64,000 nt of DNA from a virus (Duplodnaviria > Caudoviricetes). The position numbers and the translations under genes are program-made. A model generated the notes under the pieces. The model was not told the DNA's origin. It saw nothing but the letters and a program-made list of their open reading frames with translations, and ran no database searches. The DNA lies in IMG/VR virus record IMGVR_UViG_2974611114_000001, positions 40,330-104,329 of that record; one strand, given 5' to 3'. Shown in pieces: positions 29,149-37,332 of this stretch (positions are counted from its first letter, which is position 1; every line of letters begins with the position of its first letter).

Positions 29149-29406
29149 ATGTATGATGAAGAATTGAAAGAAAGAGCTAGGAAAGTAGTTGAAGAGCTAT
29201 TTAGTGGTAGCCTTAAACCACAAGTATTCACGCAGCCAAAAGGCATGTGCAAAGTATGTGGAGAGGAACGAGTAGAGGATCTACTATATCACGGAGCTGG
29301 TAAAGGGGCTTTAATCTACTTACCTTGCCGACATTCAGTTCATTTTGCTGATGGTAAACCAGAGGTATGGGAAGATTCAGAGGGCAATGAAGTAGAGATT
29401 AAATAG
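29149..29406 (+). CDS. small Cys/His-containing hypothetical protein
   Basis: Start MYDEEL behind AAGGA; CKVC...CRH. Confidence 0.6.
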   Translation: MYDEELKERARKVVEELFSGSLKPQVFTQPKGMCKVCGEERVEDLLYHGAGKGALIYLPCRHSVHFADGKPEVWEDSEGNEVEIK

Positions 29407-29482
29407 CCGAGGTGACGGAATAGGCATACGTACTGTGCTTAAAACGCAGGTTCTGCGGGTTCGATCCCCGCCCTCGGCACCA
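29406..29482 (+). tRNA. tRNA-Leu(TAA), short variable loop
   Basis: CTGTG-CTTAAAA-CGCAG, CCA. Confidence 0.9.
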
Positions 29483-29487
29483 AATTT

Positions 29488-29565
29488 GGGACTATGGCGG
29501 AATTGGCATACGCGCTAGTTTTAGGTACTAGTACCTTGGGAGTTCGACTCTCCCTAGTCCCACCA
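29488..29565 (+). tRNA. tRNA-Leu(TAG), short variable loop
   Basis: CTAGT-TTTAGGT-ACTAG, CCA. Confidence 0.9.
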
Positions 29566-29572
29566 AATTTAT

Positions 29573-29664
29573 AGAAGAACAAACCTATTGGAGAGGGGAG
29601 CTACTTGGAAAGTAGCTGAGTGTCGAAAGACGCCTTGTGGGTTCGACTCCCACTTCTTCTGCCA
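29573..29664 (+). tRNA. tRNA-Ser(GGA)
   Basis: GCTAC-TTGGAAA-GTAGC, long variable arm, CCA. Confidence 0.88.
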
Positions 29665-29743
29665 AAATTATAGCTAAGCTAGAGGTAAGCAAGTATCTGT
29701 TAAATACTTATTAAGGGACTGCTAATTCCCCCTTATTTATTAT

Positions 29744-29870
29744 AGTCATCGCGGATGTGGTGTAATCCGATTCGGGAGAGGGTACTGATACGGAGTTCGA
29801 ATCTCCGCGCTAAGATGGGTCTGGGTAAATCCGCACCGAATGATGGGGTTCAATTCCTCAATGACTACCA
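29744..29870 (+). ncRNA. tRNA-like RNA with two T arms and a CCA end, no canonical anticodon arm
   Basis: Acceptor-like AGTCAT/ATGACT-ACCA; T arms CGGAG-TTCGAAT-CTCCG and TGGGG-TTCAATT-CCTCA. Confidence 0.7.
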
Positions 29871-29875
29871 ATTTT

Positions 29876-29951
29876 GCCAGTATAGCTCAGTAGGTAGAGC
29901 AGTCGCCTTGTAAGCGTCAGGTCATGGGTTCAATTCCTATTGCTGGCACCA
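29876..29951 (+). tRNA. tRNA-Thr(TGT)
   Basis: CGC-CTTGTAA-GCG, CCA. Confidence 0.92.
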
Positions 29952-30016
29952 ATTTTAAAAATTTAGTTGCCAAGTTACCCAATTTATTATATAATATATT
30001 TATAAATTAAAGATAT

Positions 30017-30092
30017 AGGGGTTTATTATAATGGCTATTATGCAGGTCTCCAAAACCTTGCGATGTGGGTTCGATTCCTACAACCTCTGCCA
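30017..30092 (+). tRNA. tRNA-Trp(CCA)
   Basis: AGGT-CTCCAAA-ACCT, GCCA end. Confidence 0.88.
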
Positions 30093-30111
30093 AATTTAAA
30101 GGAACGACAGT

Positions 30112-30282
30112 ATGAAAGTTGATAAGATTTTACGATGCAAGAAGTGCGGAGATCAGCACCACTTTACACATCGAGGGGAGTTCTGGATGTGTAAGTGTAA
30201 CTCTATTGGTTTCGATGCTGGAGATTCCTATTACTGTCGTTGGTTAGGTGATACTAAGCTGTTTGATTGGATTAAGAAATGA
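30112..30282 (+). CDS. small Zn-ribbon-like protein (56 aa)
   Basis: MKVDKILRCKKCGD...CKCNSIGFDAG; AAGGA RBS; below the ORF-track cutoff. Confidence 0.6.
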   Translation: MKVDKILRCKKCGDQHHFTHRGEFWMCKCNSIGFDAGDSYYCRWLGDTKLFDWIKK

Positions 30283-30461
30283 TTTTGCTAACTGGAAGAG
30301 TACGGGCAATAGTACAGTATCCTTGTGGAGACATTAGAGAAATACTATTACCAAATATAGTATCGGGGTACACACACGAAGAGCTACATAAATACCTGGA
30401 TACCGTAGAAACTACTCTAGATATAGTTATTATTGATTGGGAGATTATTGACGATGAGTAG
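30279..30461 (+). CDS. hypothetical protein
   Basis: ATGA overlap with the upstream ORF. Confidence 0.55.
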   Translation: MILLTGRVRAIVQYPCGDIREILLPNIVSGYTHEELHKYLDTVETTLDIVIIDWEIIDDE

Positions 30462-30747
30462 CCAGCTAAGGTTTAAAATAGTAGTAGAGTATATGTCTGG
30501 TGACTCTTTTGGATCTAGTTTAGAATCTGACGAAATTCCGTATGAGTGGAGTAACTTATCAGAGTGCCAGAAAGCACTAGATATAATTCTAGAAACTACT
30601 AAAAGCCGGTCAGACTTTACAATTATGCTACCTCTAGATGATGGGTCAATGCATCAATTCTCTAACTTCTGGAATGCGGGCTATTTTGAAAGCCTGCATT
30701 CTTTGGAAATTAAACTAGTAGGTGTTGGGGAGAAAATATATGTATAA
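30454..30747 (+). CDS. hypothetical protein
   Basis: YMSGDSFGS motif; start MSSQ. Confidence 0.6.
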   Translation: MSSQLRFKIVVEYMSGDSFGSSLESDEIPYEWSNLSECQKALDIILETTKSRSDFTIMLPLDDGSMHQFSNFWNAGYFESLHSLEIKLVGVGEKIYV

Positions 30748-31003
30748 TAAAGAAGAAGATCAAACGATCGCTAACCTTATTGATATGCGCATTCGTCAAC
30801 AGGTACAGAACGCGATTAAAGTGTCGGAACCGGAGCGTATTGGTGGTAAACTAGTAGTAACTATCTCAGTAGACGCAAAATTAGCAAGTAAGGTTTACGA
30901 AGCATTAAACGATTTAGTAGGTAAGCTAGAATACATTGAGATTGACTCTAGTTCAGATACTACATTATTTAAAGTAAGACCAGTAATCAATAAATTTATT
31001 TAA
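30740..31003 (+). CDS. hypothetical protein
   Basis: Start MYNK behind GGAG. Confidence 0.6.
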   Translation: MYNKEEDQTIANLIDMRIRQQVQNAIKVSEPERIGGKLVVTISVDAKLASKVYEALNDLVGKLEYIEIDSSSDTTLFKVRPVINKFI

Positions 31004-31073
31004 AATTTCACTTGCAAAACTCCTTAAAATCTAATATAATATATTTATAGTTTGAAGTTAGGGAGTTTTTCAA

Positions 31074-31595
31074 ATGAATGTTTTAGATGTCCTTAAAAGT
31101 AAAGGCGTTACAGATAGTCATAAAGTTTGGTTAGATCTAGAAGGAAATAAGGCAACTTTTCCACTGTTTGCAACAGATGGTAGATTGGTTGGATTTCAGC
31201 AGTATACACCAGATGCTCCTAAAAAGCATAAAGAGCCTAGTAAGGCAAGATATTTTACTTGGAGTTCTGAGCCAGCATTATGGGGTCTAGACACTGTAAA
31301 CCCTAATGACACTTTAGTGTTTGTAACGGAAGCAGTATTTAGAGCTACCGCACTACAAAGACTCGGCGTCAACGCCGTATCTGCTTTAGGCTCTAGTATG
31401 CACAAACCATTACTGAGATTATTAAATAATCACCAAACATATAAGTTTGTTTGGGTAGGTGATCCAGATAATGCAGGTGCTAAGTTATGTAAGAAGTTTA
31501 AGCACGGTGGTATGCAGTCTCCTAAAGACTTAGATGATATGTCAGACACTGAACTGCTTATGTTTAGTAAAGTATTACTAGATAATTATAGATAA
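31074..31595 (+). CDS. stand-alone TOPRIM primase-like protein
   Basis: FPLF...LVGFQQY, FVTEAVF, DPDNAG, KDLDD. Confidence 0.8.
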   Translation: MNVLDVLKSKGVTDSHKVWLDLEGNKATFPLFATDGRLVGFQQYTPDAPKKHKEPSKARYFTWSSEPALWGLDTVNPNDTLVFVTEAVFRATALQRLGVNAVSALGSSMHKPLLRLLNNHQTYKFVWVGDPDNAGAKLCKKFKHGGMQSPKDLDDMSDTELLMFSKVLLDNYR

Positions 31596-31604
31596 AAGAA
31601 TAAC

Positions 31605-31682
31605 GGGATGTTAGCTCAATTGGTCTAGAGCACTCGCCTTTTAAGCGATAGGTTCGGAGTTCGAGTCTCCGACATCCCACCA
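31605..31682 (+). tRNA. tRNA-Lys(TTT)
   Basis: TCGC-CTTTTAA-GCGA, CCA. Confidence 0.93.
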
Positions 31683-31688
31683 AATTAC

Positions 31689-31765
31689 GGGGCATTAACT
31701 CAGTTGGTTAGAGTAGCAGACTCTTAATCTGAATGTCGTAGGTTCGAATCCTACATGCCCCACCA
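31689..31765 (+). tRNA. tRNA-Lys(CTT)
   Basis: CAGA-CTCTTAA-TCTG, CCA. Confidence 0.93.
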
Positions 31766-31783
31766 AATAATAGGAAATAGCTA

Positions 31784-32179
31784 ATGAAAACTAAACAACA
31801 TGTCGGTACTTTCTTTCTCCACGTTATTGTAGAGATTGCCTTAATGAAGGGCTGGGATTTCGATAGTATTAAAAGTCCTGAAGAGTACCTAGAATCTTAT
31901 AATGAAAGTACTAAAGACATGGTTTTGTATAAGTTAAGAAATAGCAGCGCAAAACTAACCGTACACAACGCTATTGAACTGATTAATGGTACTATTAGTG
32001 ATGAGTCCTTGGAGTTTTTCAACTCGTTATATAAGGTGATCCTAGAGTCTACACCAGAGGTTTTATATGACCCGCATTATGTAGTGTTCGTATCAATGCA
32101 TTCAGGCTCTAGTGATTATTTTACTGTTAGCATGTTGCAAGACGTTATTAAAATTAGCCCCTTTAGCTCAGAAGAGTAG
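31784..32179 (+). CDS. hypothetical protein
   Basis: 131-aa ORF with AGGA RBS. Confidence 0.65.
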   Translation: MKTKQHVGTFFLHVIVEIALMKGWDFDSIKSPEEYLESYNESTKDMVLYKLRNSSAKLTVHNAIELINGTISDESLEFFNSLYKVILESTPEVLYDPHYVVFVSMHSGSSDYFTVSMLQDVIKISPFSSEE

Positions 32180-32233
32180 AGCACCCGACTCATAATCGGT
32201 AGGTCGCTGGTTCGATCCCAGCAAGGGGCACCA
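32157..32233 (+). tRNA. tRNA with CAT anticodon, probably Ile2 (lysidine) rather than elongator Met
   Basis: CCGA-CTCATAA-TCGG; GCCCCTT acceptor and GGTCGCTGGTTC resemble enterobacterial tRNA-Ile2. Confidence 0.85.
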
Positions 32234-32248
32234 AATTATCAATAAACT

Positions 32249-32653
32249 ATGAGGTATATTATGCCAGACTATCTAGGGGCTAAACAGTCCATTAATAAAA
32301 TGAGTAAAGCAGCTTTAGAATTAGCAGAGTGTATGTATCCTCTACTAGAAGAAGCGCATAACCGTAAACCAAACGCAGGGTTTGATGCTAAGCTCTTAAA
32401 GTTAAAAGAATTAGCGTCCCAGCTAAAATTCTATGAAGAAGTAGATAAAGAAGTATCCATGTATACTCTAGAGTACGGCGGAGAAGTATTGTACATTGCT
32501 ATTAGAGGTGATGACATGGTCGTTCATTCTAGTATGTTAAAGCATCTATGGGAAGATAGAGAATCCTTTGAATTCGATAAGTATTATTCCTGTAAGGTTA
32601 ATGAATACTTCTTAGACCCATCTGTGCTTGATAATAAGGTGCGTATCTGGTAA
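32249..32653 (+). CDS. hypothetical protein
   Basis: 134-aa ORF; likely start MPDYL behind GAGG. Confidence 0.65.
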   Translation: MRYIMPDYLGAKQSINKMSKAALELAECMYPLLEEAHNRKPNAGFDAKLLKLKELASQLKFYEEVDKEVSMYTLEYGGEVLYIAIRGDDMVVHSSMLKHLWEDRESFEFDKYYSCKVNEYFLDPSVLDNKVRIW

Positions 32654-32669
32654 ATATTTAAGGGCAATT

Positions 32670-32861
32670 ATGAGTAGTTCAGGGGTTATTTTAATTAGTA
32701 TTCTTACTGTGCTATGTATATTATCAGCAGTAATATACTCTGCTATCGTAGCAAATATACTAACAGGGTATTCCCCAACGGAAGATATAAAGAGTACGTA
32801 CTCTAAGGCGGTTAGTTCAGCCACTAATAAGTCTTGGAGTACTAAGAGGGAGTTGGTGTAG
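32670..32861 (+). CDS. small membrane protein
   Basis: One long hydrophobic helix; start MSSSGV. Confidence 0.5.
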   Translation: MSSSGVILISILTVLCILSAVIYSAIVANILTGYSPTEDIKSTYSKAVSSATNKSWSTKRELV

Positions 32862-32921
32862 TCGGTAGCACTCCAGTCTTTGACACTGGCATCACAGGTT
32901 CGAGTCCTGTACTCCCTGCCA
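32847..32921 (+). tRNA. tRNA-Gln(TTG)
   Basis: CCAGT-CTTTGAC-ACTGG, GCCA. Confidence 0.92.
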
Positions 32922-32932
32922 ATTTTACTATA

Positions 32933-33026
32933 GGAAGAATAACCCTAAAGGTAAGGGAACTGTTTGCTAAACAGTCAGTAGCTGATGAAAGTCGGTGTGT
33001 GGGTTCAAATCCCACTTCTTCCTCCA
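32933..33026 (+). tRNA. tRNA-Ser(GCT)
   Basis: ACTGT-TTGCTAA-ACAGT, long variable arm, CCA. Confidence 0.9.
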
Positions 33027-33258
33027 ATCTTATAGGTAGGATATGAAAAGTGTAGTATATATCGCTAAAAATAAGTCAACTGGTAATCTAATATTTATAA
33101 GACCAGGAGAATACTACCCACAATATGAATATGAGTTAATATATTCCATGTCAGCAGAGCAGGCTATGCAGTTGGTTATAGATAGTCAAAAAGATTAAAA
33201 TTGTATTTGCAAAACTCTCAATTTCTTGATATAATATTTATTAGAAATTGAGAGAAAG

Positions 33259-33472
33259 ATGTACTTAAGAATCAAGCCCTATATCGTTCAGTTTAGGTAT
33301 TGGACTTAAGATAACGAAAGGTTTAGATAGTAATTCTAGAAAAAACTACTTAACCGACGATGAAGCCTGTATATTAAATGTGAGTCATGATCACACTATA
33401 AATTACAGCGCCTACGTTTGTAGGACTTGTTCAAGCATTGTCTTGATGAAGGGGCTTGATTCTTAAATACAT
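33259..33472 (+). ncRNA. candidate ~215-nt structured RNA
   Basis: ~22-bp closing stem ATGTACTTAAGAATCAAGCCCT/GGGGCTTGATTCTTAAATACAT, directly after a promoter. Confidence 0.6.
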
Positions 33473-33476
33473 TTTT

Positions 33477-33551
33477 GGTACTATAGTATAACGGCAATTA
33501 TAACGGTCTGTCGCACCGAAGATCGGGGTTCGATTCCCCGTAGTACCGCCA
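33477..33551 (+). tRNA. tRNA-Asp(GTC)
   Basis: CGGT-CTGTCGC-ACCG, GCCA. Confidence 0.92.
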
Positions 33552-33581
33552 ATCAACTAGAAAGTATGGAGAGTATATCAT

Positions 33582-34151
33582 ATGGAAGGGTTTACCCCTA
33601 TACCAGAACACCCAGAGTACTTAGTATCAGATAGTGGGGGCATATATTCTACTATTAGTAATAGATTACTACGTCCAACAGTTGATGGTGCAGGGTACCT
33701 ACACTTCGCTGTACGACTAGACACAAGGAAGTATAAATGGTTACGAGTTCATAGGGTTGTATGTAGGGTGTTTGGTAACCTGCCAAGTCTCGACTCCACT
33801 CTGGAAGTAGACCACATAAACAGGAATAAATTAGATAACCGAGCAGTCAATTTAAATGCCCTAACCCCTGAAGAGCATATAAGTAAGACCCTAACTGATA
33901 AAGGGCTAAAGCCTGGAACAAAACTATGCTCATGTGGCATTCCTATCTCAACTAGAAACAATACGTGCTTTGCGTGTGCGCACAATAAGGGCTCACATAT
34001 AACTATAGAGGATATTATTTATTGGGTAACAAACTACTCGTGGAGTAGAGCCTCTAGAGAGTTGGGAATATCCGACAACGGATTACGTAAAAAGTACCGA
34101 TCACTTACTGGAAAAGACCCTAAAAGTATAAAGTACGATTTTTCTAAGTAG
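33582..34151 (+). CDS. free-standing HNH homing endonuclease (NUMOD4-like N-terminus, HNH, Zn ribbon, HTH)
   Basis: YLVSDSG-IYS, VHRVV, VDHINRNKLDNRAVNL, CSCG...CFAC, ASRELGISDNGLRK. Confidence 0.9.
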   Translation: MEGFTPIPEHPEYLVSDSGGIYSTISNRLLRPTVDGAGYLHFAVRLDTRKYKWLRVHRVVCRVFGNLPSLDSTLEVDHINRNKLDNRAVNLNALTPEEHISKTLTDKGLKPGTKLCSCGIPISTRNNTCFACAHNKGSHITIEDIIYWVTNYSWSRASRELGISDNGLRKKYRSLTGKDPKSIKYDFSK

Positions 34152-34315
34152 GTTAAATCCTACATCAGAGACCAAATTATAGTGTAATTAGCTTATAGCT
34201 ACTGAATAGTCCTAAGGTAGCACGGCAAAGCAGTCGCCCGTTCGATGTCAGGCTTGGAAACGCTTGGTACACGTAGGGAGTCCGATGTGTAGGTTCAAAT
34301 CCTACATCAGAGACC
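34148..34315 (+). pseudogene. duplicated tRNA 3' remnants (Pro-like) flanking a degenerate tRNA-like RNA
   Basis: GTAGGTT(C)AAATCCTACATCAGAGACCA at 34148 and 34289; no matching 5' acceptor strand nearby. Confidence 0.6.
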
Positions 34316-34322
34316 AAATTAA

Positions 34323-34415
34323 GGAGGAATGGCAGAGATGGATTATTGCACCTGACTTGAAATCAGACGGGTCTAGCGATAGGCTCCAGGGGTTCGAATC
34401 CCCTTTCCTCCTCCA
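34323..34415 (+). tRNA. tRNA-Ser(TGA)
   Basis: CTGA-CTTGAAA-TCAG, long variable arm, CCA. Confidence 0.92.
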
Positions 34416-34438
34416 AATTAATTAAAGAGAATAGCGCG

Positions 34439-34894
34439 ATGAAAAATCTAGAAGTGAAAGTAACGCATCTTGTAGATAACTGGGATTGCGATGATTGTGG
34501 GTGTACTATGGAAGAGGGTTGGAAAGTAGTAAGTCCTACCCACCCAGAATTAGACGTTACTATGACACCATCAGCATTTTGCTATGATGGTGAGGGATAT
34601 ACAGTTGGTGATCTAATTAAGCACTGGATGTCAAAGGGTATTACCCCTACTGGCATTAATGTATTGGGATTACCATTCCATGATTATGAGTTTTTACCAT
34701 TAGTAGTACCAGAAGCATTTAAGAATACAACTTACATGCTAGATGGTGAAGAATTTACCGACCATGAGCAACAAATATGTGATGCTGGTTTAATACAGGA
34801 ATTCCTATCTAAGGTGTACAAGTTACCAGTCAACCTAGTAACTAGTAGTAAAGATATCTCCACCAATTTTAACGAAGAACTAGAGGTTATTTAA
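34439..34894 (+). CDS. hypothetical protein
   Basis: 151-aa ORF, CDDCG motif. Confidence 0.65.
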   Translation: MKNLEVKVTHLVDNWDCDDCGCTMEEGWKVVSPTHPELDVTMTPSAFCYDGEGYTVGDLIKHWMSKGITPTGINVLGLPFHDYEFLPLVVPEAFKNTTYMLDGEEFTDHEQQICDAGLIQEFLSKVYKLPVNLVTSSKDISTNFNEELEVI

Positions 34895-34897
34895 TAA

Positions 34898-35290
34898 ATG
34901 AAACGCTTAAGAGCAATTATGTCGGCAATTGTACTATCATCAGTAATATTATTAACTGGGTGTCCTGCGGACTCTGATGTAGCATCTCATAACCTAAGTA
35001 AGTCCTCAGATAACTTTGAAGTACAACGAAGAATTGTGTTTTACAATGGCATTACTGGAGATTACATGCTGACCATTGAGGGTTTATGTACTCGAGATAA
35101 TACCAGTACTGAACATGTTCTAGGCGTAGTCTGCAAGGTAGGTGATGGGCAATATAAAAAGCATCTGCTTGGGCTATCAGATAACGTTACTTTCTTTATG
35201 GAACAGGTTGACCCAGTATCTGTAAGTAAATACCATTATAGAGTTGTATTTAAACCATCTGTAATTATTCCAGATATTGATATTCGTTAA
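34898..35290 (+). CDS. conserved phage lipoprotein
   Basis: Signal peptide with lipobox LTGC; NFEVQRRIVFYNGIT...GLSDNVTFF. Confidence 0.8.
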   Translation: MKRLRAIMSAIVLSSVILLTGCPADSDVASHNLSKSSDNFEVQRRIVFYNGITGDYMLTIEGLCTRDNTSTEHVLGVVCKVGDGQYKKHLLGLSDNVTFFMEQVDPVSVSKYHYRVVFKPSVIIPDIDIR

Positions 35291-35299
35291 TATAGTAAA

Positions 35300-35374
35300 G
35301 CACCTTTAGCTGAGATGGATTAGCACTAGCCTGAAGAGCCTGGGAGGTTGGATCGTTACCAACAGGGTGCACCA
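35300..35374 (+). tRNA. tRNA-Phe(GAA), atypical
   Basis: GC-CTGAAGA-GC loop, mismatched anticodon stem, T loop ATCGTTA, CCA. Confidence 0.8.
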
Positions 35375-35433
35375 AATTAATACTGTAGACGCTATCGTCT
35401 ACATTTAAGAATCTTACAGTAGGGTTCTTAAAT

Positions 35434-35510
35434 GTGTCGGTAGCATAGTTGGATAATGCCCCTGATTGTGATTCAGGAATACGCGGGTTCGAATCCCGTC
35501 CGTCACCCCA
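35434..35510 (+). tRNA. tRNA-His(GTG)
   Basis: CCTGA-TTGTGAT-TCAGG, C73 discriminator, CCA; T rather than G at position -1. Confidence 0.9.
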
Positions 35511-35526
35511 AATTTTAGGAGATAGT

Positions 35527-35727
35527 ATGTCTGATGTACATTTTAACGTAGCACACGAGAAGTTTCGAGATGGAATGGTTAAAGTTACATACTCTGCTGT
35601 TACAGATGGTGTAGTCGTATATAGTAATAGGCTTATTTGTTATTACAATCATTTAACTAATGACCATATTTACAAAGTGTGTGTTGCTAGGATGCGCAAG
35701 ATATTAAGAATTACTAGCAAAAGCTAG
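35527..35727 (+). CDS. hypothetical protein
   Basis: Start MSDVHF behind AGGAG. Confidence 0.55.
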   Translation: MSDVHFNVAHEKFRDGMVKVTYSAVTDGVVVYSNRLICYYNHLTNDHIYKVCVARMRKILRITSKS

Positions 35728-35786
35728 AATGCCCAGTAGGTGGCTTACCTACATACTACTAATAGTAATAAATAGGAATAGTAATT

Positions 35787-36059
35787 ATGGAATTTGTATT
35801 AAAGTTAGTTCGTAGTTTTTCAGATGAAGAGGCGAAGCTTAACACAGCAGTAGAGGGTCAATATCGTATATTTGAAACCACTACGTATATCCCCTTAGGT
35901 AGCAGACCTGAAATCTTAAAAGGTAGATCTATCACCGGCATAGAGAATGTATCAGCAGTTATTAGAACAGGCGATGGGGATATTGTAATTTATCGAGAAG
36001 TAAGCGCATATCTGCTAAATGAAGATGGTAAAACCATCCAAATCATTAATAGACCGTAG
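35787..36059 (+). CDS. hypothetical protein
   Basis: 90 aa ending AYLLNEDGKTIQII. Confidence 0.7.
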   Translation: MEFVLKLVRSFSDEEAKLNTAVEGQYRIFETTTYIPLGSRPEILKGRSITGIENVSAVIRTGDGDIVIYREVSAYLLNEDGKTIQIINRP

Positions 36060-36069
36060 AATTCATACA

Positions 36070-36100
36070 TAAGGGATTGCAGAGATGCAGTCCCTTTTTT
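36070..36100 (+). terminator. intrinsic terminator closing the tRNA region
   Basis: AAGGGATTGCA-GAGA-TGCAGTCCCTT followed by a T run. Confidence 0.75.
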
Positions 36101-36232
36101 GTACACGTAACAAATTAATTATGCAGTATATCCTTACTGGTAAGGCGCGGGGAAATACTTACAATATAAAAATTTTTATTGACCTCGTGGCATAATTATA
36201 GTATAATATCTATATAATAAAGGAGGATTATT

Positions 36233-36529
36233 ATGATTATTTATTTATTAATAATGCTCTGGGCACTTGTAGGACTATTTAATACGTATGTGGTATTTAG
36301 AAGCCTTTCAGCAAAGGATATTATATGCATACGTTATTGGTTGTACAATTCATGGAAACGTAATCATAAGACTATGCTTAGTATAAGCGAGTACGAGGAG
36401 ACTAAGATTATAAAGCCATATTTAATGTTTAAATTACAGGTATACTGTGCCGGAGCCATGCTAGGGATGTTCTCATACGTACTTAGTGACACTTTGAGAG
36501 GGATTTGTTCTTATGAAAATATTATCTGA
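36233..36529 (+). CDS. membrane protein
   Basis: Hydrophobic N-terminus, AGGAGG RBS, promoter. Confidence 0.65.
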   Translation: MIIYLLIMLWALVGLFNTYVVFRSLSAKDIICIRYWLYNSWKRNHKTMLSISEYEETKIIKPYLMFKLQVYCAGAMLGMFSYVLSDTLRGICSYENII

Positions 36530-36938
36530 GTACATGGACTTTTACGACTTACAACATAGGTTTGGTAAGTCTGATAGAATTTGGGAAAGGAATAGTGATC
36601 GGTACCTACTAGACGCAGATAGTCAATATGTAGAGCCAGCGACTGCTTATATTAAATATCTAGATAACTGGTATGAGCTTCAAGGGAGTACTCTTATACA
36701 CATGGTAGATATAAACCCTATTCTAGAAGCTCCAGACACTTTGACCAAATTAGTAGATGTAGCCCCGATAGTTGTAGTAATACCAAACGTAGGTTCACAA
36801 CATATAGTATATATTAATCCACCAGTATATAAGCAGACAGCCATTCTAAATTTTATAGAGAATAATGCTGTTCGTATGCATAAGGAAATAGAAATGTTCC
36901 TTATACGTAAAGGAGCAATACGTGGGAATACTAATTGA
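36513..36938 (+). CDS. hypothetical protein
   Basis: MKILSEYMDFYD motif; T5 synteny. Confidence 0.65.
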   Translation: MKILSEYMDFYDLQHRFGKSDRIWERNSDRYLLDADSQYVEPATAYIKYLDNWYELQGSTLIHMVDINPILEAPDTLTKLVDVAPIVVVIPNVGSQHIVYINPPVYKQTAILNFIENNAVRMHKEIEMFLIRKGAIRGNTN

Positions 36939-37332
36939 TTTTCTAAAAAGGAATATAGCGCCTACCATAGCTGTGCTTATTATAGGGTTTGGTCTTATTC
37001 AAGTTATGTATTACCAAAATAAAACTATTAATGCATTGGAGAGCCAAGCAGTGATGCTGGCTAAGGATAACAAAGGATTGCAAGCATCATTGTCTGAGCT
37101 TCACTCTAGAATGGATATTATGGCAGGTGATATTAATAACATAGTAATAAATAGACAAGCTTCACAGACACTTCGCGAAGCGGAATCATCTAAAATAGAA
37201 TCAGCTAGAGGTAGAGAACATATACTTATTGCAAAACCAACTTTATCGGCAAAAGCTATAGAACGAGCCGTGAATCAAACCGGAAAGGAGATATCATGTC
37301 TAACTGGAGACGAGTCGTCTTGTCATCAATGA
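36922..37332 (+). CDS. Rz-like inner-membrane spanin
   Basis: N-terminal TM helix plus coiled coil, C-terminal Cys; overlaps a lipoprotein gene. Confidence 0.75.
   Translation: MGILIDFLKRNIAPTIAVLIIGFGLIQVMYYQNKTINALESQAVMLAKDNKGLQASLSELHSRMDIMAGDINNIVINRQASQTLREAESSKIESARGREHILIAKPTLSAKAIERAVNQTGKEISCLTGDESSCHQ

Noticed and set aside
33440-33452. CTTGATGA resembling a hammerhead core
   Set aside because: Not CUGAUGA, and no correctly placed GAAA or cleavage-site helices found
25311-35510. Stop-codon reassignment or suppressor tRNA
   Set aside because: No CTA, TTA or TCA anticodon found, and core genes read intact in the standard code
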